Counted from the first letter of the stretch, positions 43,411-51,421 are shown. The stretch is 64,000 bases of DNA from an uncultured bacterium (GCA_964421875.1 CAYQZD010000003.1:2843-66842), one strand, 5' to 3'. Notes: generated from the letters alone by a model not told the origin. Numbers and translations are program-made.

Positions 43411-43483
43411 CACCAGCCCCCAGCACACCAAGCACCCAGCACCTATCCCCAACCACCAATCACCAAACACCTGTAAACCGCCA
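43411..43483. repeat. 7-nt tandem array G (NCACCAA), about 10 units
   Basis: caccagc ccccagc acaccaa gcaccca gcaccta tccccaa ccaccaa tcaccaa acacctg taaaccg. Ends at the stop codon (43484-43486) of paralog B. Confidence 0.9.
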
Positions 43484-44410
43484 TCACCCTTTCTTCCTGA
43501 ATCCCAGCAAGTAAGGCGTCAGGACAGGCAGAAGCGCGACACATACGATTATCGAGAAGAAATAAATCCACACCTCATAAGGATACTCCATCGTCTTGAG
43601 GAAATCCGTAGTGTAGAGTTCCCTTTCGCTGGATTCGTCGCCGATGACTATCTCCACCTCCCAGGGCAGATATGGCGCCGGTTGCCTGGTCTGAGCCCTC
43701 CAATCCGTAGGCAGTCCCTTTCCCAATGTGTGAAAAAGCTCCCCCGCCTGGTCGTAAAAATTCACCACTCCGGGAAAGGTGGGATAACGCCCGAATAAAT
43801 TGCCGAACAACGGCATTTCAAATTCAAACCGCTTAAGCAAACCGGGCAGCGACTCCTTCATCTTAACCGGGTCGAACACCGCGACGAGGCAGTCCTTCTC
43901 CCGCTGAGCAAAACCTGCGGTGAAGGCGCGGTTGTCCACCGATATTCCCGCGAAAGCGATTCGCAGTGTCGAGTCCCAGGCAACGTGTTCCATCGCCAGC
44001 GAATCCTTCACCTTCAACATTTCAGCCGCCAACTTATCCCGAAATCCCGGAGATAACTCGAATTCGGCTATAGGAACCACCTGCTTCTTCCCTGATATTC
44101 GATACAGCGCCGCGATTTCCGGATACTCGCGGCGCAGATTTGCAGCCGAAGCCTTATCCGCCGGCAGATTCAGCCGGTTCAAGCGCGCCATCGGCTCCGT
44201 CAAACGCCGCTCCAGTATGCAGCGAACGAAGGTCATCGCATTCATACTATCTTTCATCAGCAAGCTCTGCTCGTTGAAAAGCCACGTTTTCCCACCCCCA
44301 AAAGCGAACACGAGTAACAACGCCGATAAAACGATAGGCAGGATGACCAGAAGAGCGAGGATTACCCCCCTTAGTAAACCCGCACGATGCTTTTCATAAG
44401 CTGCGGACAT
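43484..44410 (-). CDS. Hypothetical two-TM protein with extracytoplasmic sensor-like domain (paralog B)
   Basis: 308 aa. Same architecture and shared motifs as 41916-42878. Confidence 0.65.
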   Translation of the reverse strand: MSAAYEKHRAGLLRGVILALLVILPIVLSALLLVFAFGGGKTWLFNEQSLLMKDSMNAMTFVRCILERRLTEPMARLNRLNLPADKASAANLRREYPEIAALYRISGKKQVVPIAEFELSPGFRDKLAAEMLKVKDSLAMEHVAWDSTLRIAFAGISVDNRAFTAGFAQREKDCLVAVFDPVKMKESLPGLLKRFEFEMPLFGNLFGRYPTFPGVVNFYDQAGELFHTLGKGLPTDWRAQTRQPAPYLPWEVEIVIGDESSERELYTTDFLKTMEYPYEVWIYFFSIIVCVALLPVLTPYLLGFRKKG

Positions 44411-44433
44411 AGCTCCTCCTTATAGCCTTTGTG

Positions 44434-44593
44434 CTGTCGAGTCTCCGCAGTCTGTCCGAGAATATGTCATGCTGAGCGAAGCGAAGCATCTGCATTTTTG
44501 TAACTTATTTATAAATAAGAGATTCTTCATCCGACGGTTGGCGGATTCAGTATGACATTTTGAATTGTCAGACAGACTGTCTGCACTCGATAG
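44434..44593. repeat. MITE-like element with about 40-nt imperfect terminal inverted repeats
   Basis: The left arm CTGTCGAGTCTCCGCAGTCTGTCCGAGAATATGTCAT (44434-44470) pairs imperfectly with the right arm ATGACATTTTGAATTGTCAGACAGACTGTCTGCACTCGATAG (44552-44593). A PU5-like unit lies inside. Confidence 0.6.
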
Positions 44594-44651
44594 TATATTA
44601 TTGTTTTATAGGTATATACAGTAGGGTTCGGAGACCCTGCGACTCGAATTG

Positions 44652-45047
44652 CTAAAGAATTTCCTTCCGCCTCGTAGTATTCAGGGTATCCTGCAGCGAT
44701 TCATTCTGGTATGTTATGAAATGGATGGTGTGATTCGAGTCGTTCCTGACAGCGTGCGCCGCGCCGGGGGAGATTTGGATGACCAGCGATTCCTCCGTCC
44801 CTACCCGCTTTTCGCGGAACTCTCCCCCCTCCTCCCAGTGAACAGCGTATTCGCCGCCAAAGATGAAAATCCATTCCACCGCCTCAGTGTGTAAATGGTT
44901 CCCCCGCACCGCCCCCGGCTCAATAGTGCCGAGATGCAGGTGCCCGAATTCCGCCGGGAAATCCGGCAAACCTTCGAAGGGATTGACCACCCACCCGCGT
45001 TGGTCTCGGCGGATTTTATCGGACAAGTTGTGAAATATTAGAGACAT
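44652..45047 (-). CDS. Cupin domain protein
   Basis: 131 aa. GAVRGNHLHTEAVEWIFIFGGE..ISPGAAHAVRN, i.e. the two cupin motifs. Confidence 0.7.
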   Translation of the reverse strand: MSLIFHNLSDKIRRDQRGWVVNPFEGLPDFPAEFGHLHLGTIEPGAVRGNHLHTEAVEWIFIFGGEYAVHWEEGGEFREKRVGTEESLVIQISPGAAHAVRNDSNHTIHFITYQNESLQDTLNTTRRKEIL

Positions 45048-45088
45048 ATATTATAAACTAGATATCTGGTAATACTTAATCCATTGAT

Positions 45089-45126
45089 GTGCCCGCCGGG
45101 TCCCCACACCCGGCGGAATTTCTCCC
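45089..45126 (+). repeat. Unit M1
   Basis: GTGCCCGCCGGGTCCCCACACCCGGCGGAATTTCTCCC. Confidence 0.8.
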
Positions 45127-45133
45127 ATAAACC

Positions 45134-45189
45134 GTAGGGTGGGTTCTTAACCCACCAATTTACAAGTCATTCCGGCGCAGCCGGAATCC
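45134..45189 (+). repeat. PU1 + PU2 composite
   Basis: GTAGGGTGGGTTCTTAACCCACCAATTTACAA + GTCATTCCGGCGCAGCCGGAATCC. Confidence 0.95.
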
Positions 45190-45195
45190 CTCCTC

Positions 45196-45221
45196 GTAGG
45201 GGCGGATCCCCGTATCCGCCC
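45196..45221 (+). repeat. GTAGG-headed hairpin
   Basis: GTAGGGGCGGATccccgtATCCGCCC, with 7-bp stem GGCGGAT/ATCCGCC. Confidence 0.85.
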
Positions 45222-45252
45222 TCTCCCTAAACGCCCCTACCGGCGGCAGGTG

Positions 45253-45280
45253 CCCGGCGGGTCTGAATGATCCGCCCTAC
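45253..45280 (-). repeat. PU7 (GTAGG-headed on the minus strand)
   Basis: The plus strand reads CCCGGCGGGTCTGAATGATCCGCCCTAC. Sister copies are at 45948-45976 and 54365-54392. Confidence 0.85.
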
Positions 45281-45281
45281 C

Positions 45282-45314
45282 CATAGCCATAATAGCCGTA
45301 ATAGCCAGTGAATT
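45282..45314 (+). repeat. ATAGCC nonamer block + AGTGAATT
   Basis: CATAGCCATAATAGCCGTAATAGCCAGTGAATT. Confidence 0.9.
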
Positions 45315-45400
45315 TTCCCTCCAAACCAAGCGATTGCTTCGCTTCGTTCGCAATGACAAGATTCAGCGGAATAAGATTCCGCCATACATAGCTGCTTTAA

Positions 45401-45805
45401 TCAATCAGTCTTTGGTATTTCAAAAGCCTCCAATTCCTTTCCACATCCGCAGGTCTTCTGATACCAGTAAATATTCGCGCCGCAAGTCTTGCATAACCAT
45501 TTCTGCGCCTGCGCCTCCAGCCACTTATCAACGCCATATTTTCTGATATATTCCAAATTAGGCGCCATAGTCCAATGATGCGGCCATTCATCGCGCATGA
45601 AATCGCGCAGTTCCTTACAGGGATAATCTGCGCAGTAACAACAGAAATCCAACCCCTTCTCTTTCACGCAATTCCTGAATTTACATCTAATTATGTATTC
45701 ATCGATGTCGTCGCTGCGGCAGCCCCCGCAGTCCGATGCGCCGCAGGCGGAACAATAGAGCCCGCAAGGACCATACTGCTTTGGTTTCAGCCTGAATTCC
45801 GTCAT
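45401..45805 (-). CDS. DUF3795-like Cys-rich protein
   Basis: The ATG at 45805 (MTEFRLKPKQYGPCGLYCSACGASDCGGCRS..CCYCADYPC..) fits the DUF3795 Cys pattern. The track ORF's extra 18 codons are not needed. Confidence 0.65.
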   Translation of the reverse strand: MTEFRLKPKQYGPCGLYCSACGASDCGGCRSDDIDEYIIRCKFRNCVKEKGLDFCCYCADYPCKELRDFMRDEWPHHWTMAPNLEYIRKYGVDKWLEAQAQKWLCKTCGANIYWYQKTCGCGKELEAFEIPKTD

Positions 45806-45916
45806 ATTAAATAAAGTTATCTGGCAACCGTGGATACTATGGTAGAATCCGTAGCTCAATATATGGGCTAATCCTATGTCTTTTGCGGTTAGCCTTTCTT
45901 AGCTATATCTCTTGTT

Positions 45917-45941
45917 GTAGGTCGGCTTATTCAAAGCCGAC
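45917..45941 (+). repeat. PU6 hairpin GTAGGTCGGCTTATTCAAAGCCGAC
   Basis: GTAGG head, stem GTCGGCTT/AAGCCGAC. Copy 1 of 3. Confidence 0.9.
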
Positions 45942-45947
45942 AAACAT

Positions 45948-45976
45948 CCCCGGCGGGTCTGAATAGCCCACCCTAC
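45948..45976 (-). repeat. PU7
   Basis: The plus strand reads CCCCGGCGGGTCTGAATAGCCCACCCTAC. Confidence 0.8.
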
Positions 45977-46010
45977 AAATAGCCATAATAGCCGGAATAG
46001 CCAGTGAATT
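45977..46010 (+). repeat. ATAGCC nonamer block + AGTGAATT
   Basis: AAATAGCCATAATAGCCGGAATAGCCAGTGAATT. Confidence 0.9.
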
Positions 46011-46015
46011 CACAT

Positions 46016-46050
46016 TACCAACCACCATCCACCAAACACCAAACACCAAG
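46016..46050. repeat. 7-nt tandem array H (CACCAAN)
   Basis: taccaac caccatc caccaaa caccaaa caccaag. Ends 3 nt before the transglutaminase-like gene's stop (46054-46056). Confidence 0.85.
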
Positions 46051-46053
46051 CGC

Positions 46054-47628
46054 CTACCACCAGACCTGATTGCCGTTTTCAACGGTGAAAATTCGTTCCT
46101 CCTTATCGGAACCTTCCGCTGTCAGCCAGTACAGGAGTCCTGCAGGGACTCCGTGAAACACAAGCGGCTCAGCCCCGGCGACCGACTTTCCCAGCGACAC
46201 CCAGCTATCCCGCCAATAGAACAGTTCATACTCCTGTCCGGGTGTGAAAAACACCTTTTCGATTCCATCCGTTGAGATTACCTGTTTTCTGCGGGTGGTG
46301 GAGATTAATCTAACCGATATGGTCTTATCGCCTTTAGGCTGCAGTTCCCGGATACTGGAGTCCGTATGAAGGATGAAGGGATTGGCAAACGGCGCTATTT
46401 CTCCCTCGATATAGAGCACCGGCAGATAGGCTATATCCAACCCCATATCGGAAAAGACAACCTCTCCGTCGACAATCTTCCCCCAGTGAATCGCCTTCCA
46501 TTCCCCGGAATTGAATACACATAAATATCCTATATTTGCCGAGTCGGAAACATCTCTTGCCAAAGGGATGGTCACATCACAAACATCGACATAGTCCGCG
46601 GTGACATCGATATAGCTTTTGCCGGAAATATACTTGGGCGTCTTCTCCTGCTTCCTCTCCTGAAAGGCGAGATTTTCCTTTTGTTCGGAGAACATCTTGC
46701 GATAGACCTTTGCCAGTTTATTCGCCAGATGATATTTACTCGGATTTCTTTCCGCCCCCATGAATGGAATGACCCTGCCATCAGGGGTGACAATCGCATT
46801 CCACGCGTGATTGTTGCCGGTATTCGCCCAGTAAGGCGTGTAGTCGCTGGTGACCGCCAAGCCGTTAGCCCGCATGGCGTAGATGGTTAAATTTGTCATA
46901 TCCTCGCACCGTCCCATACGGTTTTCCAGCATTTCCGATAATCCCTGATCGACCGGATGATAATAGAAGCGCGAGTCGAATGAAAACCAGGACTTGATAT
47001 CGTCGTTGATAATACAAGCGGCTTCGATAGGGTCGGAAGAATCGCTCATCCTGCTTTCAATATCTTCATATTTATGCCAAAAGAAATCACGCCAGGGTTC
47101 CAGCGGTTCATTGCTCCCGCGATAGGGAAGAACATACTCGCAGAAACTGCTAAAAGAATGCCCCTCCGCCCACGGTTTTTCTTGCCAGGCTTTGAAAGCG
47201 TAGTCTATCTGCGTGACCAGAAAATCTAAGCTGATGGTCTGATAATCATATATCTTTTCCTTCTTCCTGAAGTCAAGTTCACCATACTGAACTTCCAATG
47301 AGTCGCAGTGTGCCTTCATCGTACTAAAATCCGGGTAGTCCAGGACATTGAAATCGATATGTGTTCCTGCGCTGTCAATCAGGTCATAAGTTACATAACA
47401 GTGATTCTTAATGTTGGCGATTAGGTAGAATAATGCCTCCAGTTTCAGCGAATCGCCTTCAAGAGTATAGTGGGATATCGCTTTTTCCAGTTCTATACGG
47501 TTTTCTCCTGCCGCCTCGATTACTTCGGTAACTACCGGCGGATAAACCGCTGTCTCCCCGCCGAATGCGCAAAGTAGAGGCAGCAGCATTGCAAGAAAGA
47601 CCAAAACTAATATGTGTCTATTATTCAT
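46054..47628 (-). CDS. Transglutaminase-like domain protein (secreted)
   Basis: The ATG at 47628 gives a signal peptide (MNNRHILVLVFLAMLLPLLCAFG). Cys-His-Asp core context MGRCEDMTNLTIYAMRANG..NNHAWNAIV. The track ORF's first 20 codons are repeat-derived. Confidence 0.75.
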   Translation of the reverse strand: MNNRHILVLVFLAMLLPLLCAFGGETAVYPPVVTEVIEAAGENRIELEKAISHYTLEGDSLKLEALFYLIANIKNHCYVTYDLIDSAGTHIDFNVLDYPDFSTMKAHCDSLEVQYGELDFRKKEKIYDYQTISLDFLVTQIDYAFKAWQEKPWAEGHSFSSFCEYVLPYRGSNEPLEPWRDFFWHKYEDIESRMSDSSDPIEAACIINDDIKSWFSFDSRFYYHPVDQGLSEMLENRMGRCEDMTNLTIYAMRANGLAVTSDYTPYWANTGNNHAWNAIVTPDGRVIPFMGAERNPSKYHLANKLAKVYRKMFSEQKENLAFQERKQEKTPKYISGKSYIDVTADYVDVCDVTIPLARDVSDSANIGYLCVFNSGEWKAIHWGKIVDGEVVFSDMGLDIAYLPVLYIEGEIAPFANPFILHTDSSIRELQPKGDKTISVRLISTTRRKQVISTDGIEKVFFTPGQEYELFYWRDSWVSLGKSVAGAEPLVFHGVPAGLLYWLTAEGSDKEERIFTVENGNQVWW

Positions 47629-47645
47629 TTTTTGATTCTTTACCT

Positions 47646-47734
47646 TGAAAATAGCGGCAGCGTAAATACGCGAGCCGTGAATTTTCATTCTAAGTTGTGC
47701 GAGGTCGCGATAGAGACCCTCGCATGAGGGTTTA
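47646..47734 (-). repeat. 92-nt structured element, copy 1
   Basis: Minus strand: TAAACCCTCATGCGAGGGTCTCTATCGCGACCTCGCACAACTTAGAATGAAAATTCACGGCTCGCGTATTTACGCTGCCGCTATTTTCA. Ends about 15 nt upstream of ATG 47628. Confidence 0.9.
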
Positions 47735-47825
47735 CCTTGAAAATAGCGGCAGCGTAAATACGCGAGCTGTGAATTTTCATTCTAAGTTGTGCGATGGTTC
47801 GCGAAGAGAATCCATCGAATGATGG
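47733..47825 (-). repeat. 92-nt structured element, copy 2 (tandem, period 92)
   Basis: The first 61 nt (47733-47793) are identical to copy 1 except for one base. The distal third carries co-varying substitutions (GATGG/CCATC/GATGG in place of GAGG/CCCTC/GAGGG). Confidence 0.9.
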
Positions 47826-47885
47826 TTTGTGTTTCGATTGGGGTATGCGCAATCTTCTAACCCTATGTTTCACCATTTCACCGTT

Positions 47886-50144
47886 TCACCGTTTCAACGC
47901 CTCCAACACCTTTTCCGGCGTAATAGGCAGACTGCGGATGCGAACCCCGATGGCGTCATAGACAGCATTGGCGATGGCGGCGGCGGTGGGAACCATCGGC
48001 ATCTCCCCCACACCCTTAGCCCCGAAAGGCCCTTCAGGGTCGATAGTCTCGACGAAAACTTTCTCAATTTCGGGAACGTCCAGCGGGGTCAGCATCTTGT
48101 AATCGGCGAAATTGGGGTTTTGGACTGCGCCTTCCTTCAATTGAATGTTCTCCAACAGCGCGTAGCCCACGCCCTGCGCCACGCCGCCTTCGACCTGCCC
48201 CTCCAGCGTCATCGGATTAATCACCCGCCCCACATCGTGAGCCGCCACGATTTTCAACACCTTGACCTGCCCTGTCTCCAAATCCACCTCCACTTCAGCC
48301 GACTGCGCCCCGAAACCGTAAGTGGCGGAAATATTCCCGTCCCAATGCTTGTCCTGCATCACCGTGGGCGGGTCGTAGAAATATTTCCCCACCACCACAT
48401 CGCCCCCCTCCCGAAAATGCCGCGCCCGAACCACTTTGCCATATGGCAGCGTCTTCGAAGGGTCGGATTTCATATAGACCTTGCCGTCCTTAATATCGAG
48501 GTTCTCCACCGGCTCCCCGGTCATCTTAGAAGCGGCTTCCAAAATCTGCCGCTTGGCGTCCAAAGCCGCCTTCACTACCGCGTTACCGGCGATAAAGGTG
48601 GTGCGGGAAGCGTGCACCCCCACATCCCAGGGGGAAGTGTCCGTGTCCTGCCAATCCAGAGTCACATTCTCCACCGGAACCGCTAAAGTCTCCGCCGCCA
48701 TCTGAGTCAACACCGCATCAGAACCCTGACCGATTTCCGTGGAACCGGAAATCACTGTAACATGCCCGAAATCATCCACCTTGACCATACACCCGCACCC
48801 GTCGGAACGGTAAATCCGCGCCCCCCCCCCCACATGAAGGCCGGCGGCGACTCCGGTTCCCCGGGCGATAGGCCCCTTACGCGCCCGCTTCTCGTTCAGT
48901 CTGATGCGCGCTGAGGCTTCTTCTATGCACTCCTTCAGCCCGCAGGAGGTGAACACCATCTTCTGCGGGGTGACATCGCCGGGGCGATTAGCGTTCATTA
49001 TGCGGAATTTCAGCCGGTCCATCCCCAACATCTCCGCTAATTCGTCCATCTGAGATTCCACCGCCAAAGTCGCCTCAGGATTGCCAAATCCCCGCATCGC
49101 CGAACCATAAGGATTGTTAGTGTAAACTATGTCCGCCTCGAATAAAATGTGCGGCACGCGGTAGAGCGAAGACACCGTCTGCATCGAAATAATCGGCGTA
49201 ACATTCCCCCAGGAATTGTAAGCCCCGTTGTCCCCCATAATGTAAGCTTGCCGCGCGGTCAGTTTCCCCTCCTTATCGACCCCGGTCTTCATATCGATAA
49301 CCATCGGCGGACGCGGCGGAGAATAGCGGAATTCCTCCTCCCGCGAATACTCCATCTTCACCGGCTTACCGGCGGCTTTCGCCAGCAAGGCGGCGATGAT
49401 TTCGTAGGGATAAAGGTCCAGCTTGGAGCCGAAACCGCCGCCGATAGCGGTCTGAATCACCCGAACCTGGCTCCCCTTAATCCCCAAAACATCCGCCATA
49501 TCCTTCTGGTACAAAAACGGCACCTGAGTCATCGAATACATCGTCAGCCTGCCGTCAAATCCCCATTCCGCCGCGCAGGCGCAGCTCCCCAAACAGCAAT
49601 GCGCCTGGAAAGGCAGTTCGAAACGCCCTTCGGCGACATACTCCGCCTCGCCGAAACCCCGCTCCACATCGCCGTAATCGTAACTGTAGCGGACCGACAA
49701 ATTCCCGGAGCTGCCCTCGTGAATCTGAGGCGCCCCCGGCTTAACCGCCTCGAAAGGATCGAACACCGCAGGCAGCTCTTTGTACTCGACCTTAATCAGC
49801 GAAGCCGCTTTCCGCGCCGCAATCTCATTGTCTGCCGCCAACGCCGCAATCTCGTCCCCCCGGCACTTCACCCGACCGAACTTCAGCGGATAATTATCCT
49901 TTCCGTAGCCGAATGGGATTTTCGGAGTGTCGTCAGCGGTAATAATCACCTTGACTCCCGGAACTTTGCGCGCCTGCTCAAGATCGATAGATAAAATCTC
50001 CGCATGAGCGAAATCGCTGCGCTTTATCGCGCCGAATAGCATCCCCGGCAGCGTCAAGTCGTGAGCGTAAACCGCGGCGCCGGCAGCTTTAGCCGGAGCG
50101 TCCGGTTTGGGGACGCGCTTGCCAATGTGGGTAAAATCAGTCAT
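47886..50144 (-). CDS. Molybdopterin-binding large subunit of a xanthine dehydrogenase/aldehyde oxidoreductase/CoxL family enzyme
   Basis: 752 aa. N-terminus IGKRVPKPDAPAKAAGAAVYAHDLTLPGMLFGAIKRS, GGGFGSK, and a C-terminal GAKGVGE motif. Confidence 0.9.
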   Translation of the reverse strand: MTDFTHIGKRVPKPDAPAKAAGAAVYAHDLTLPGMLFGAIKRSDFAHAEILSIDLEQARKVPGVKVIITADDTPKIPFGYGKDNYPLKFGRVKCRGDEIAALAADNEIAARKAASLIKVEYKELPAVFDPFEAVKPGAPQIHEGSSGNLSVRYSYDYGDVERGFGEAEYVAEGRFELPFQAHCCLGSCACAAEWGFDGRLTMYSMTQVPFLYQKDMADVLGIKGSQVRVIQTAIGGGFGSKLDLYPYEIIAALLAKAAGKPVKMEYSREEEFRYSPPRPPMVIDMKTGVDKEGKLTARQAYIMGDNGAYNSWGNVTPIISMQTVSSLYRVPHILFEADIVYTNNPYGSAMRGFGNPEATLAVESQMDELAEMLGMDRLKFRIMNANRPGDVTPQKMVFTSCGLKECIEEASARIRLNEKRARKGPIARGTGVAAGLHVGGGARIYRSDGCGCMVKVDDFGHVTVISGSTEIGQGSDAVLTQMAAETLAVPVENVTLDWQDTDTSPWDVGVHASRTTFIAGNAVVKAALDAKRQILEAASKMTGEPVENLDIKDGKVYMKSDPSKTLPYGKVVRARHFREGGDVVVGKYFYDPPTVMQDKHWDGNISATYGFGAQSAEVEVDLETGQVKVLKIVAAHDVGRVINPMTLEGQVEGGVAQGVGYALLENIQLKEGAVQNPNFADYKMLTPLDVPEIEKVFVETIDPEGPFGAKGVGEMPMVPTAAAIANAVYDAIGVRIRSLPITPEKVLEALKR

Positions 50145-50188
50145 TAGCTAAAATCAATAATTATGTATGATAATATCTTTCTTAAACT

Positions 50189-50213
50189 GTAGGTCGGCTT
50201 ATTCAAAGCCGAC
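50189..50213 (+). repeat. PU6 hairpin
   Basis: GTAGGTCGGCTTATTCAAAGCCGAC, identical to the copy at 45917. Confidence 0.9.
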
Positions 50214-50232
50214 ATAATGCGTTGATTCAGGC

Positions 50233-50290
50233 GTATGATGGGTTCTTAACCCACCAATTTACAAATCTTTCCGTCACTGCCGGAATCCCT
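50233..50290 (+). repeat. PU1 + degenerate PU2
   Basis: GTATGATGGGTTCTTAACCCACCAATTTACAAATCTTTCCGTCACTGCCGGAATCCCT. Confidence 0.85.
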
Positions 50291-50294
50291 CTTC

Positions 50295-50320
50295 GTAGGG
50301 GCGAACGGCAGTTCGCCCCT
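50295..50320 (+). repeat. GTAGG-headed hairpin
   Basis: GTAGGGGCGAACggcaGTTCGCCCCT, with a 9-bp stem. Confidence 0.9.
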
Positions 50321-50422
50321 ATCGGTAACTGGTAACCGGTAATAGCCGTGACAGCCTGTGAATCCATCTTCACTAAACACCAAGCATCAAATACCGTTTA
50401 ACTGTTCAAACGTTTCACTATC

Positions 50423-51421
50423 TCACCATTCCGCATCACCGTAAAACAATCCGGCGACATCGCCTGTAATAACTCGAATCCTCCCTACCTCCGTCCCGGA
50501 CAGTTTCTTTTTCCAATTCACCGCGGCGGCGCGGCTGTCGAGCTTCACGTTCTGATATTCCCCCTGCCGCCATTCGGCGGGATTGGAGGATTCGCTGTGA
50601 GCCCTGATTTCCCCTTCAATCTGTGGTGTGTATTCGAGGTTCAGCCGCTGGAAAAGGTCTTTATAACCTTCCACCGGCGCCGCAGAAATATCCTCGTGCC
50701 GAAGGAAAACCCAGTCCGGATGCTTGTCCCGGTATTTATCCACAATGTAATAGAAACACTTCCAGGCTAAAGCCGCGCTCTCCACCAAATCGGGCTCACC
50801 CGAAGCGAATTCCTCAATCTCCCCCCTGAACGGTTCAAGGTAATCCCGCATTAACAATGGCTGGCTGAGAAAAGTGGAATGCCGGAAATTCCATCCCAGC
50901 CGCTTCAAACTGCTGACGAATGCGGAGGGATGGCGTATCATCACCACTACCCTCATATCGAAGCGCGAAGCCAGCCATTCCGCCCCCAGCAGCGCGATAG
51001 GATCCTTAACCAGCGGACAAGATTTATCCGCGTAGTGTTTAACAAAATCTACATAGTTCTCCAGCGCCGCAATCTCCGGCGCCAGATATTCCCTGGGAAG
51101 TCTGCCCGCTTCAAGTCCCAGCATTTTCACCGCAGAGGCGATGTCGAACCGAAAATTCAGTATGTTGCGAATATGCGGGTAGAATTTCTCTTCATTCTCC
51201 CGGGTCACATAAGCGAACCAGGGAAAATCCGGATTGCCTATCCCCGGCTCCCCTTCGGGATTGAAAGGCTCATGGATATATCCCGTGCCCGGCGCTAATT
51301 CCAGCATCTTCCCCACCCAGGTCGTCCCGGAACGGTGAGCCCCCGTCACTAAGATGGGCCGCTTATCGAATGCGTGATTAATCCATCCTCCTCGTTCCCA
51401 CGCTCCAGCGTGGAAACGCAT
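50423..51421 (-). CDS. Sulfotransferase family protein
   Basis: 332 aa. PAPS 5'-phosphosulfate loop ILVTGAHRSGTTWVGKML. The only canonical in-frame start (ATG 51421) lies inside a PU4 repeat copy. Confidence 0.75.
   Translation of the reverse strand: MRFHAGAWERGGWINHAFDKRPILVTGAHRSGTTWVGKMLELAPGTGYIHEPFNPEGEPGIGNPDFPWFAYVTRENEEKFYPHIRNILNFRFDIASAVKMLGLEAGRLPREYLAPEIAALENYVDFVKHYADKSCPLVKDPIALLGAEWLASRFDMRVVVMIRHPSAFVSSLKRLGWNFRHSTFLSQPLLMRDYLEPFRGEIEEFASGEPDLVESAALAWKCFYYIVDKYRDKHPDWVFLRHEDISAAPVEGYKDLFQRLNLEYTPQIEGEIRAHSESSNPAEWRQGEYQNVKLDSRAAAVNWKKKLSGTEVGRIRVITGDVAGLFYGDAEW

Noticed and set aside
47629-47688. The N-terminal 20 codons of track ORF 46054-47688, and similar extensions at 19973-20059, 45806-45859 and 62911-62940
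   Set aside because: The extensions read through the 92-nt repeat, non-coding-looking sequence or a terminator hairpin. Internal ATGs give proper signal peptides or family-typical N-termini.
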